Of a stretch of 64,000 nt of DNA, positions 1 to 9,657 are shown in pieces. Source of the stretch: a virus; IMG/VR virus record IMGVR_UViG_3300023174_003623, positions 1 through 64,000 of that record, one strand, 5' to 3'. Below the pieces are notes generated by a model. It searched no databases. It was not told the DNA's origin and was given only the letters and a program-made list of their open reading frames with translations. The first letter of the stretch is position 1; each line of letters starts with the position of its first letter. Made by a program: the position numbers and the translations under genes.

Positions 1-118
1 GGCGGGGCATGCTTGACCTGGGGGGGGGGGGGGTACTTAAAAGTTTTTGCAGTTTTCGATCTGGTTCCATGGCGGCTAGCATCCCACCCCTATAAGCACC
101 GTAGAAAAAGATTGCCAT

Positions 119-240
119 GGGTCTCAAAAAAATTCGCCAGTAAAAAAAATGGCCCAAAAGCGAAGTCAAAATAAAGATTCGCAGGGGGTTCAAAAAAATT
201 CCGGGCTAAAAAAAATCATCTGAAAGTGAAGTGATTTCTA
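119..240. repeat. Two imperfect ~60-66 bp direct repeats with phased A-tracts upstream of the first promoter
   Basis: gggtctcaaaaaaattcgccagtaaaaaaaat...aaagcgaagtc (from 119) versus ggggttcaaaaaaattccgggctaaaaaaaat...aaagtgaagtg (from ~186). Confidence 0.55.
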
Positions 241-269
241 TTGACAGGGTATAAGAGTGTCTGTATAAT
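241..269 (+). promoter_or_regulatory. Consensus sigma70-type (early) promoter
   Basis: TTGACA(241-246)-17 nt-TATAAT(264-269), with A-tracts upstream. Confidence 0.85.
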
Positions 270-332
270 GCCTATGTGCTTTATCATATACTTAAATAAT
301 AAATAGCATATAATAATCTATAGAGTATTCTT

Positions 333-1220
333 ATGATAACAACCTTTAAAACCTTTATTGAACATATAATAGTAGAGAATCTTGCACCTACTTTACAGAG
401 AATCATTCAGAATCCTAAGCCAGCTAGAGCAAAGCAGGATGCATTAGCTCAAGAGATACGTCGTCTTGGTTCCATTGGTGAGAGGACTGGTATTGAGGGT
501 AACATGCCTAAAGGTTCATCAAGAGCTTATTTACAACATGCGACTCCTGAGAATGTGACTGTTGATGGTCATAAGACAAAGATGAAGGTTGGTACAAAGG
601 TTGCTATTCGTTCTGTATTGGATAGGTATCATAGGGGTGATAAAAGTCTTGGTGAGATGCAGAATATAACGGAGAATGGCGATCATTTTGTTAATAAGTC
701 TTATCGGATATTGACTAAAAATCCTCATACGGGAGATTATACTACCAATCATGAGCGCGGTATTTTGCCTCCTTTGATTAGTCATGATGAGGAAAATCAT
801 CAATCTTCAACGGTAGGGCATGTAAGAGATATAAAAGATCCAGAGTTTAAAAAGCTAACAAAGACTCAGACATTCTTTTCTATGGATACTGATTTTCCTA
901 AAGGCATTTCGCATAGAGATTTTTCGGATGCTTTAAATCGTCGTTATGATAGAAACAATGGTAGGTATTGGGAAAAGAGTCCTGAACGAGAAGCGCAGTT
1001 AGATAAGATTGACGAGCATCCATTGGTTCAGAAGTTTCATGACTACCACGATATGACTGGGCATCCTACTCACGATCTTGCACAAATTAAGAACTTAGGT
1101 GTATTTGAGCATCCTGTGACTGGTGAGGCTCATATTGTAGCGAGAGATCATGGATATGGTACTGATGTCATGCACGCCTATTCAATGGCTCGTAGAATCA
1201 ATAATCAGGGATATAGGTAG
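333..1220 (+). CDS. Putative protein-kinase-like fold protein with internal-protein-like N-terminal leader
   Basis: 295 aa. Kinase-like motifs in order: GSSRAY (Gly loop), KVA (Lys), QNxxE (alphaC Glu), HDLAQIKNLG (catalytic D...N), ARDHGY (DFG-like). Confidence 0.55.
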   Translation: MITTFKTFIEHIIVENLAPTLQRIIQNPKPARAKQDALAQEIRRLGSIGERTGIEGNMPKGSSRAYLQHATPENVTVDGHKTKMKVGTKVAIRSVLDRYHRGDKSLGEMQNITENGDHFVNKSYRILTKNPHTGDYTTNHERGILPPLISHDEENHQSSTVGHVRDIKDPEFKKLTKTQTFFSMDTDFPKGISHRDFSDALNRRYDRNNGRYWEKSPEREAQLDKIDEHPLVQKFHDYHDMTGHPTHDLAQIKNLGVFEHPVTGEAHIVARDHGYGTDVMHAYSMARRINNQGYR

Positions 1221-1225
1221 ACGTA

Positions 1226-1906
1226 ATGAACAAGGTAGAATTATATGCCTCTTTTATTAGTGATCAAGTAGCTTTGAATGAAGTATTTGGTGGTCATGAT
1301 GTAGGCTATTCGTATGTAAATGATACTAGACCTACTGGCATTCCTAATCATCACTATTATAACATAAAACTTCCTGATAACGCTCAGGATGCGACAGTTG
1401 AAATATATCATCATAAAAAAATTGATAGTCCTGCCACAGCTACTGTAGGTTTTACGATGCCTAGAGTGGGTTATGGGTTATCTCCTGAAGCAAAGAAAAC
1501 TTATGATAAAACCTTTGACGATCATGTAGCGAAGGGAAACGACCATTACGATGCACATGGTGAGGCTGTTAGGGCTGTTGATAAAGCGCATGGTGAAGAT
1601 GAAGCAGACAAAGCGGATAATGGGTTTACTGGTGGGAATACAAGCACTAGAGCATATAATTCATCCCGCCATAATTACCGTATATTTTCTACTATATCTA
1701 AGATTATGAATGAGCATGGTAAGAATCATCCTGAGATTAAGCACTTTGCATTTTCTTCTTCAGGAGATTTTAAATCGAGAGGTGATTTATATCATCTACT
1801 TGCCAAAAAGAATGGTGGTGAGGTGCATATTGACCACAATCAATATTCTCCTTCTTATGGTGAGAAGTATTACACTATACCCAATCCTCATTATAAGGGA
1901 GAATGA
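1226..1906 (+). CDS. Tandem paralogue 1 of 4, unknown function
   Basis: Shared leader MNKVELYASFISDQV.L.E.FGG and C-terminal IFST..KI...H..../SSSGD..R..LY motif. Confidence 0.85.
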   Translation: MNKVELYASFISDQVALNEVFGGHDVGYSYVNDTRPTGIPNHHYYNIKLPDNAQDATVEIYHHKKIDSPATATVGFTMPRVGYGLSPEAKKTYDKTFDDHVAKGNDHYDAHGEAVRAVDKAHGEDEADKADNGFTGGNTSTRAYNSSRHNYRIFSTISKIMNEHGKNHPEIKHFAFSSSGDFKSRGDLYHLLAKKNGGEVHIDHNQYSPSYGEKYYTIPNPHYKGE

Positions 1907-1908
1907 GA

Positions 1909-2556
1909 ATGAACAAAGTAGAATTATATGCCTCCTTTATTAGCGATCAGGTTTATCTGAATGAAATGTTTGGTGGAAGAGATAAAGGGTATCCGTATAA
2001 GGAAAAACCGATCAAAAGTAAGGATACCTATGGATATAATATAGATCTCCCTGATAATGTTAGCTCAGCAGGTGTTGGTATTATGCATGGTCTTAATACT
2101 GCCCATGTAGCTTTTTCAATGCCAAAAGCTGGTTATGGTATATCTCCTGAAGCAAAAAAGACTTATCATGAAGTTTATGATCAACATTTAAGCCAGCATG
2201 GAGATAAGACAGATGCTCATATTGCTGCGACTCAAGCTGTTTTACATAAGCATAGTGCAGCAGATGCAAAGTTAGCGAATGATGCGCTACAAAGTGGATC
2301 TACAATTACAAGACCAAATAACTCAGCACATCATAATTATAGTATATTTTCTACTATGAAGAAGATTATGGATGAGCATGGTAAGAAATATCCTGATATT
2401 AAACAGTTTATGTACACTTCTTCTGGAGATTCTGATAACAGAGGTAGGGTATATAGTCATTTTGCTCAAAAGAATGGTGGTACAACAAATTTTGAATCTG
2501 ATGGCGATGTAAATTATACTATACCTAATCCTCATTATAAGGGAGAATCAAAATGA
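1909..2556 (+). CDS. Tandem paralogue 2 of 4, unknown function
   Basis: Same leader and motifs. The ATG at 1909 matches the paralogue starts and has SD aaggga. Confidence 0.85.
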   Translation: MNKVELYASFISDQVYLNEMFGGRDKGYPYKEKPIKSKDTYGYNIDLPDNVSSAGVGIMHGLNTAHVAFSMPKAGYGISPEAKKTYHEVYDQHLSQHGDKTDAHIAATQAVLHKHSAADAKLANDALQSGSTITRPNNSAHHNYSIFSTMKKIMDEHGKKYPDIKQFMYTSSGDSDNRGRVYSHFAQKNGGTTNFESDGDVNYTIPNPHYKGESK

Positions 2557-3203
2557 ACAAAATAGATTTGTATGCCTCCTTTATTAGCGATCAGGTTTAT
2601 CTGGATGAAATGTTTGGTGGAAGAGATAAAGGGTATCCGTATAAAGATTTAGGCCCAGATGAAGAGTATAAAGAAGACCACCATTATGCTTTCGATATAC
2701 CTGACAATGCTGGAAAGGGTAAAGTTAAAATTACGGCAGAAGGGGATGGTACTCATCATGTAAACTTTACTGTTCCATCAAAGGGTTATGGGTTATCTCC
2801 TGAAGCAAAGAAAACATATGATAAAGAATATGATAAACAGATTTCTTTAGGTAATGAACATTTTGATGCCCATCTTAGTGCAGTTAAACAAGTTTATGCT
2901 AAGCACGGAGAAGATGAAGGTCAAAAAGCACGGGATTCTTTTAGTTCTTCAGTAAACAGAGGAGAAGATCCGCTTGCATCTAAACACAATTATGCTATAA
3001 TGTCTACTGTAGGTAAAATTCTTCGTGATCATGCTAAGAATCATCCAGAAGTTTCTCATTATAGATTTTCTTCTTCGGGAGATGTTAACTCAAGAGACGA
3101 TCTATATGATTTTATTACCCAAAAAGAGGGTGGCACAACGGAAACTATGCCTTCGTATGGAAAAACTAAATATAAACAATATACCATACCAGTAAAGAGA
3201 TAA
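2553..3203 (+). CDS. Tandem paralogue 3 of 4, unknown function
   Basis: MNKIDLYASFISDQVYLDEMFGGRDKGY leader, GYGLSPEAKKTY block. Confidence 0.85.
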   Translation: MNKIDLYASFISDQVYLDEMFGGRDKGYPYKDLGPDEEYKEDHHYAFDIPDNAGKGKVKITAEGDGTHHVNFTVPSKGYGLSPEAKKTYDKEYDKQISLGNEHFDAHLSAVKQVYAKHGEDEGQKARDSFSSSVNRGEDPLASKHNYAIMSTVGKILRDHAKNHPEVSHYRFSSSGDVNSRDDLYDFITQKEGGTTETMPSYGKTKYKQYTIPVKR

Positions 3204-3207
3204 TTAT

Positions 3208-3897
3208 ATGAACAAAATAGATTTGTATGCCTCTTTTATTAGCGATCAGGTTCATCTAGATGAAATGTTTGGTGGTAGAGATAAAGGGTATTCGTATGAT
3301 AAAATGAAAGAGCACCCTGATGATTTAGATCATATGTATCGTATTCATACGGGATCAGTATTTCCTGCTGTGCTTTATATTAATCATGACGAAAATACTA
3401 AAAATGCTGATGTTTCTTTTGTTACAGCAAAAGATCCCTCTAAAGTACATCACCATGTAAATGATGATAAAGTAGAAACTCAAAGAAGAGAAATGACTCC
3501 AGAAGAAAAGACTACGTTTATCAATGCTTATAAAGATAGTATGAAAAAAAATCCTACAGAATATATGGAACATCATTTTGGACTAGCTAATCATGCGCTT
3601 TATTTAAAACATAACATTACTATTCCTCACCCATATTATGATACAGAACAGACTCCTGCATTAGCAAAACACGCTACTAGATTATTTTCTACTATAGGCG
3701 ATATCTTAAAGAAACATGCAAAGAAATATGATGTTAATAATTATGAATATATGGGAGAAGGTGATTCTCGCAATAGCCTATATAATCGTATAGCAGCAAG
3801 GTTTGGTGGTAAAAAAGGAGAAACATCAAGTCCAACTGTCCATGGTAACTCATACACTCAATATTCAATTCCGGCTGGTGTTAAAAAACAAAAATAA
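3208..3897 (+). CDS. Tandem paralogue 4 of 4 (most diverged), unknown function
   Basis: Same leader; LFSTIGDIL..H and GDSRNSLY motifs. Confidence 0.85.
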   Translation: MNKIDLYASFISDQVHLDEMFGGRDKGYSYDKMKEHPDDLDHMYRIHTGSVFPAVLYINHDENTKNADVSFVTAKDPSKVHHHVNDDKVETQRREMTPEEKTTFINAYKDSMKKNPTEYMEHHFGLANHALYLKHNITIPHPYYDTEQTPALAKHATRLFSTIGDILKKHAKKYDVNNYEYMGEGDSRNSLYNRIAARFGGKKGETSSPTVHGNSYTQYSIPAGVKKQK

Positions 3898-3912
3898 AAG
3901 GTAAATTATATT

Positions 3913-4584
3913 ATGAATATAATGCAAATAAGTTTAAATAATGAAATCTATCAACCTTTAGCAGACATTACTGCTAATAATAAAATGTTATATTGTGAGA
4001 AACATGGGTATCGTTTTTTCAATAAAACTAGTGGATTTACTTATAACAATACCATAAGTGATTTGGGATTTGAAAAAATTAAGATAATATTAGATCTTTT
4101 TGAAAAAATGCCCGATTTAGATTGGATACATTGGACTGGTTGTGATACAATGGTGACGAACTTTAATATCAGACTAGAAGACATCATTGATGAAGAATAT
4201 CATATGATAGTTTGTGTTGATGGAAATGGTATCAACGCAGATAGTTTTTTAATTAAAAATAGTCGTGTAGGTCGAGGTTTAATGCAATGGATACTCGATA
4301 ATATCGACACTTATAGAAATCATTGTTGGCTTGAACAACAGGCTATGATAGACTTTTATTTCAAGAATCCTCTTGGTAAAGATATAATTAAAATATTACC
4401 TCAAAGGGTAATGAATAGTTATTTACATGATTTATATCCACACGCAAAAGGTAAATATAATGTAGATAAAACTGGAAATAATGCTGAATGGGCAAAGGGC
4501 GATTTTATTTTACATTTACCCGCATTACCTCTACAGACAAGAATTGATGTTATGAAAGAATATGTAAATAAGGTGACACTATGA
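3913..4584 (+). CDS. GT-A glycosyltransferase, GT34/MNN10-like
   Basis: YCEKHGY, DWIHWTGCD, GINADSFLIKN, WLEQQAM, RVMNSY and GDFILHLP motifs. Confidence 0.7.
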   Translation: MNIMQISLNNEIYQPLADITANNKMLYCEKHGYRFFNKTSGFTYNNTISDLGFEKIKIILDLFEKMPDLDWIHWTGCDTMVTNFNIRLEDIIDEEYHMIVCVDGNGINADSFLIKNSRVGRGLMQWILDNIDTYRNHCWLEQQAMIDFYFKNPLGKDIIKILPQRVMNSYLHDLYPHAKGKYNVDKTGNNAEWAKGDFILHLPALPLQTRIDVMKEYVNKVTL

Positions 4585-5885
4585 AAGATGTATATGATTT
4601 GGTAAATTCCTATAAGAAAGATAAAACTTGGATTGCAGGACAAGATTTTGTTCCTTATGCTGGTCCCTTTTTTGATGAAAAAGAACAAATTGCAGCCATT
4701 GAGTGCATTCTTGATGGATGGTTAGTTATGGGTAAGAAGTCAATGGCTTTTGAAAGAAATTTTCCTAAGCAATTTGAAAAGACGCATGGAATCTTGACTA
4801 ACTCTGGTTCTTCTTCTAATCTTCTTATGATGTCTGCGTTGACTAGTAAGACGTTTGGGTGGCCTAAAGGGACTAAGGTATTGATGCCTATTGCTGGATT
4901 TCCTACAACACTAAACCCTACATTACAGGTTGGGTTTGAACCTGTGTTTGTTGATATTGAAATTGATAGTTTGAATCTAGATATTGATAAGGTCGAGCAG
5001 GTATTGCTTAAAAATAAAGATATCAAGATTATTACGTTCGCCCATGTATTGGGTAATCCGCCAAACATGGATCGATTGATGGATTTAGTTCATCATTATC
5101 GTTTAATTTTACTTGAAGACTGTTGTGATGCTCTTGGAAGTACTTACAATGATAAGCCACTAGGATCTTTTGGTATGATGGCAAGTTGTTCTTTCTATCC
5201 TGCACACCATATGACGATGGGTGAGGGTGGATTTGTAGCCTGTTCAGATCCTGTAACTGAAGATGTGCTTAGAAGTTTCCGAGAATGGGGTCGTGGTTGT
5301 TATTGTGTTGGTCCAGAAGCTAATAAATTGAAGTGTGGTACCTGTAAGAAGCGGTTTTCTAACTGGGTTCCTTCAATGCCTAATGAAATTTTCGATCATA
5401 AGTTCATTTATAATGAAATTGGATACAATTTAAAGCCTATTGAATTACAGGCAGCAATGGGATTGGAACAAATTAAAAAATTACCTGAAATTCATGCGTT
5501 ACGTCGTCGAAATTATAGTCTTTTGATGAAAATTTATGAAAAATATGAAGAATTCTTTCATCTTCCAAGGGCTACAAAAGGTGCGAATCCAAGTTGGTTT
5601 GCTTTTCCGTTGACAATTCGTAAGGGTGCGCCATTTACTCGTACTCAGATCGTGGATTTTTTGGAAAATCACTTGATTCAGACTCGACCATACTTTGCGG
5701 GTAACATTATGCTACAGCCTGCGTATAGTCATTTGATGAATCAGGACGAAGCAAGAGATAATTTTCCTGTTGCAACTCATACAATGACTCATTCTTTTTT
5801 CCATGGCACCAGTCCTGTGATTACGGAAGAGCAAATTAAGTATATTGGTGAATGTGTAGATAAGTTTTTATCGCAATTTATTTAA
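4581..5885 (+). CDS. rfbH: CDP-4-keto-6-deoxyglucose 3-dehydrase (RfbH/DdhC E1-like, PMP and Fe-S dependent)
   Basis: DegT fold: NSGSSSNL, EDCCDALG, SFYPAHHMTMGEGG (His at the usual Lys position), WGRGCYC Cys cluster, GYNLK. Confidence 0.85.
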   Translation: MKDVYDLVNSYKKDKTWIAGQDFVPYAGPFFDEKEQIAAIECILDGWLVMGKKSMAFERNFPKQFEKTHGILTNSGSSSNLLMMSALTSKTFGWPKGTKVLMPIAGFPTTLNPTLQVGFEPVFVDIEIDSLNLDIDKVEQVLLKNKDIKIITFAHVLGNPPNMDRLMDLVHHYRLILLEDCCDALGSTYNDKPLGSFGMMASCSFYPAHHMTMGEGGFVACSDPVTEDVLRSFREWGRGCYCVGPEANKLKCGTCKKRFSNWVPSMPNEIFDHKFIYNEIGYNLKPIELQAAMGLEQIKKLPEIHALRRRNYSLLMKIYEKYEEFFHLPRATKGANPSWFAFPLTIRKGAPFTRTQIVDFLENHLIQTRPYFAGNIMLQPAYSHLMNQDEARDNFPVATHTMTHSFFHGTSPVITEEQIKYIGECVDKFLSQFI

Positions 5886-5897
5886 AGGTGATTGAAT

Positions 5898-6704
5898 ATG
5901 AATAATAAAGAATTCAAGTGTGTTGATATTCTTACCAATATGATCGAGAATTATGGTCTGATTGGTATCAAGACTTCTTTTGAGGATGAAGGTGCTCTTT
6001 TTAATGATACTATTCGTTTAAAAGAAATCTGTAATCAGGCGCAGACTAAACTTGTTCTGAAGATTGGTGGTCCAGAAGCCATTCGCGATATTAAAGATGC
6101 TTTGATTATCGGTGTCAAAGGTCTGGTTGCGCCTATGGTAGAGTCTGAGTTTGGTCTTAAAAAATTTATTCAATCTGCACATTCTCATATTCCATCTGAT
6201 GTTCTTTCTTCACTTCATCTTAATGTAAATTTAGAAACAATAACTGCCGCAGAACATGTAGAAGACATTCTGAGTATTCCTGAAGCTGAGTCTTTGTATG
6301 GGGTTACAGTAGGAAGAGTAGATCTAGTCTCTTCCATGAACAAAGATAGAACTTATGTAAATAGCGACGAAGTATATTCATTGGTGAAGACAGTGTTTGT
6401 AAAGGCGAAGAAGCGAGGACTTAAGTTATGTCTTGGTGGTGCAGTATCTGTAGAATCTTTGCCCTTTCTTAAACGATTGAATGAAGAGGGATTGTTGGAT
6501 AAGTTTGAGACACGATATGCTATTTACGATCCTGCAATTGCTCTAAAAAATTTACCAAAGGCTCTTGCTATGGGTCAGTCGTTTGAACTTGAATGGTTAC
6601 AGTGTAAGTATGAATATTATACTGCGCTAGCCAATCAAGACATAAATCGAATTCAAATGATAGAATCTCGTATGAATGAATCGAAGACGACAAAGACCAA
6701 ATGA
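5898..6704 (+). CDS. HpcH/HpaI aldolase/citrate-lyase-like protein
   Basis: KIGGPEA, VAPMVES, NLETIT and GRVDL motifs; sugar-cluster context. Confidence 0.7.
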   Translation: MNNKEFKCVDILTNMIENYGLIGIKTSFEDEGALFNDTIRLKEICNQAQTKLVLKIGGPEAIRDIKDALIIGVKGLVAPMVESEFGLKKFIQSAHSHIPSDVLSSLHLNVNLETITAAEHVEDILSIPEAESLYGVTVGRVDLVSSMNKDRTYVNSDEVYSLVKTVFVKAKKRGLKLCLGGAVSVESLPFLKRLNEEGLLDKFETRYAIYDPAIALKNLPKALAMGQSFELEWLQCKYEYYTALANQDINRIQMIESRMNESKTTKTK

Positions 6705-7087
6705 GTTATAATAAAAAGGTACTTGACGAAGAATCGCGAATTCTAGCTATAGATTTTGACGGAGTAATTCACACTAATCAATATGGATTTCATGACGGAA
6801 CAATCTATGGCACTCCAATTGCAGGTTCACTTGAATCTATTAAAGAACTAGCCAATTCATATGATTTAGTAATTTATACTGCAAAGGCGAAAAAAGATAG
6901 ACCGCTTGTTAATGGAAAGACGGGTACTGAGTTGGTATGGGAATGGCTCAAAAAATATAACATAGATATTTATATTAAGAATGTAACTGCTGAAAAACCA
7001 AGATGCATTTGCTATATAGATGATAAAGCTATTCGATTTGTTGACTGGCACCAAACTATGATCAATCTTAAACAAATTATAAAATAA
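6701..7087 (+). CDS. Small HAD-superfamily phosphatase
   Basis: AIDFDGVI motif I, YTA motif II, EKP and YIDDKA motif IV. Confidence 0.8.
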   Translation: MSYNKKVLDEESRILAIDFDGVIHTNQYGFHDGTIYGTPIAGSLESIKELANSYDLVIYTAKAKKDRPLVNGKTGTELVWEWLKKYNIDIYIKNVTAEKPRCICYIDDKAIRFVDWHQTMINLKQIIK

Positions 7088-7088
7088 A

Positions 7089-8840
7089 ATGAAAATATCT
7101 GACATTGTAATTCAATTCCTAGAATCAAAAGGAATTGAACATGTATTCGTCGTTTCTGGCGGTGGATGTATTCACCTAGTGGATTCTCTAGGTAAATCCA
7201 AACTCAATTATATCTGTATGCATCATGAGCAGGCAACTGCTATGGCAGCAGAGGGATATGCTCGTATTAAAAATGATGTCGCTGCATGTTTGGTTACCAC
7301 TGGTCCGGGTGGTACAAATGCACTGACGGGTGTTTTAGGTTGTTGGTTAGACAGCATTCCTACTATTTTTATTTCCGGTCAAGTATCATTGTCTCAGATA
7401 GCAAGAGGTACTGGTTGTCGTCAAATAGGTGACCAAGAATTTGATATTATCTCTACAGTAAAATCTATGACAAAATACTGTAAGATGATTGAGAATAAGA
7501 ATGAAATTCTTTATGAATTGAACAAGGCTTATGATATAGCTAAATCAGGGCGTCCCGGTCCTGTATGGTTAGATATTCCTTTAGATATTCAAGGTTCATT
7601 TGTCGAGGAACATGAGTTAATTCCTGTGCAGTCGTTTATAGAAGAACGATCTGTGATTCAAGAATCAGATATATTACAGTTTAAGATATTATTAGAAAAA
7701 TCTAAAAAGCCATTGATTATATGTGGCAATGGGATTCGTCTTTCAAATAGTGTAGACCTATTAAATTTTTTCATTAAATCCAATGAGATTCCTGCATTGA
7801 CTGGAGTTCATTCTGGTGTTGATTGTCTAGATAACACTTATGACTATTATGCCGGAAGGATCGGACTTCTAGGAAATTTATCATCAAATAAGATAGTTCA
7901 AGAAGCGGATTTGTTGATTGTGCTTGGCTCTAGATTAAATGTAAAGATGACTGGTTATGATCCAAGTTTGTTTGCGCCGAATGCTAAAAAGATTTTTGTA
8001 GATATTGACATGAATGAAATTCGTAAACATAAGTTGAATATTGACCTAAAAATTAATGCGGATTTAAATATATTTTTAAATACTATAATTAAGCAACAAT
8101 ACAAATTAGAATTTGAAGATTGGCGTGAATTTGTACGCACTGCTAGGTCTGAACAAAAATATGTATATCCTAAACATATCAATTTAAAGTCTCCTGCAAG
8201 TGTATATTACTTTCTATATCTTTTTCAGAATTATATGAAAGATCTGCCAATCATAACTAGCAATGGAACCGCACATGTAGCTACTCTTCAGACTATTCAA
8301 CTAAAAAATAAACAGAGAATGTTTACTAACGTTGGTTGCGCTAGTATGGGTTATGGATTACCTGCTGCAATTGGTGCATCTTTTGCGTTGAATAAATCAC
8401 CTGTTATCTGTATAGAGGGTGATGGTAGTTTACAGATGAACATACAAGAACTACAGACTCTTGTACACTATAAGCTTCCCGTGGTAATGATTGTGATTAA
8501 TAATGATGGCTATATCTCGATTAAGATAACTCAACAGAATTTCTTTAGTGGTTATGAAGTTGCAAGTGGAAAAGAAAGCGGAGTATCGTTTCCATCCTTA
8601 GAAAAGCTAAGTGATGCATATGGTATAGAGTATCACAAAATAACTCGTAACTCAGAAATTGATAATGTATTGTTCGATATATTTTCTTCTGATATTTCTG
8701 GTCCAATTATTTGTGAAGTGTTTACGCATCCAAATGAAAAGCACGAACCAAAGGTAATTCATAAAGGTATAGATAAAGATGGGAAAATTATTCCCGGTGA
8801 TTTAACTAATATGTTCATTTCAGAAACGTTTGATAATTAA
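7089..8840 (+). CDS. ThDP-dependent acetolactate-synthase-like enzyme (YerE-like)
   Basis: HHEQATAMAAEGYAR, TTGPGGTN, GRPGPVWLDIPLD, SMGYGLPAAIG and GDGS...NN ThDP motif. Confidence 0.85.
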   Translation: MKISDIVIQFLESKGIEHVFVVSGGGCIHLVDSLGKSKLNYICMHHEQATAMAAEGYARIKNDVAACLVTTGPGGTNALTGVLGCWLDSIPTIFISGQVSLSQIARGTGCRQIGDQEFDIISTVKSMTKYCKMIENKNEILYELNKAYDIAKSGRPGPVWLDIPLDIQGSFVEEHELIPVQSFIEERSVIQESDILQFKILLEKSKKPLIICGNGIRLSNSVDLLNFFIKSNEIPALTGVHSGVDCLDNTYDYYAGRIGLLGNLSSNKIVQEADLLIVLGSRLNVKMTGYDPSLFAPNAKKIFVDIDMNEIRKHKLNIDLKINADLNIFLNTIIKQQYKLEFEDWREFVRTARSEQKYVYPKHINLKSPASVYYFLYLFQNYMKDLPIITSNGTAHVATLQTIQLKNKQRMFTNVGCASMGYGLPAAIGASFALNKSPVICIEGDGSLQMNIQELQTLVHYKLPVVMIVINNDGYISIKITQQNFFSGYEVASGKESGVSFPSLEKLSDAYGIEYHKITRNSEIDNVLFDIFSSDISGPIICEVFTHPNEKHEPKVIHKGIDKDGKIIPGDLTNMFISETFDN

Positions 8841-8861
8841 TGATTCAGAAAAGGAAATATA

Positions 8862-9656
8862 ATGAAAATTGCAGTCATAGGATCTAATGGATTTGTTGGT
8901 AGAAATGTATTCAATTTTTTAAAATTAAAAAATCATAATGTACAAGGTCTAAATCGAAATAACATTGATTTATTAGATCCAAAACAAGTTAACTTTTGGT
9001 TAAAAAGCAATCGACCAAATATTATTATTAATTGTGCTGCTATTATGAAAGATAATAATAGTATAAATGATTGTAGAAATAATCTTGCAATTTTTATTAA
9101 TTTATTTAATAATGCACATTTATTTGATAAATTTATAGATACAGGTTCTGGTGCTGAATTTGATAGAACAACAAATATTGAAAATGCATCAATTGATAAA
9201 TTATTTGATTCGATTCCCTTAGACAGTTATGGATTTGGGCAAAACATCAAATCTCGTATGTGTCGCGAAAGAGAAAATTTTTATACATTAAGAATTTTTA
9301 ATTGTTTTGGTCGAGGTGAATTGAATACTAGAATTATTCCCAAATTTCTTACTTCTAAAAATACATTTAAAATTTTTGATGATAGATATTTTGACTATTT
9401 TGGTATACAAGATTTAAATGCAGTTGTTGAGCATTATGTAGACAATGATGTTTTTTTTAAAGATATAAACACAGTTTATATGAAAAAAGTTAAAATATCA
9501 GAAATGTTAAAACTGTATTGTGAAATACATAATATTTCGGTTAATAATTTTGAAATAGAATCTGTATCTAATTTAAATTATACTGGAGATGGTACTTTAT
9601 TAAATAATTTAGGTTTAAAATTATTAGGCCTTGAAGAGTGTTTAAAGAGATATTAA
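8862..9656 (+). CDS. NAD(P)-dependent epimerase/reductase (extended SDR)
   Basis: GSNGFVG Rossmann motif, INCAA, GSGAEF, RIFNCFG. Confidence 0.75.
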   Translation: MKIAVIGSNGFVGRNVFNFLKLKNHNVQGLNRNNIDLLDPKQVNFWLKSNRPNIIINCAAIMKDNNSINDCRNNLAIFINLFNNAHLFDKFIDTGSGAEFDRTTNIENASIDKLFDSIPLDSYGFGQNIKSRMCRERENFYTLRIFNCFGRGELNTRIIPKFLTSKNTFKIFDDRYFDYFGIQDLNAVVEHYVDNDVFFKDINTVYMKKVKISEMLKLYCEIHNISVNNFEIESVSNLNYTGDGTLLNNLGLKLLGLEECLKRY

Positions 9657-9657
9657 A

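Noticed and set aside
1226-3897. Repeated DNA blocks read as a CRISPR array or DGR template
   Set aside because: The repeats are coding parts of paralogous genes about 650 nt apart; no cas or reverse transcriptase gene and no adenine-specific variation pattern noticed
7089-8840. Calling the ThDP enzyme ilvB (branched-chain amino acid synthesis)
   Set aside because: No regulatory subunit or other ilv genes; the NDP-sugar context favours a YerE-like role
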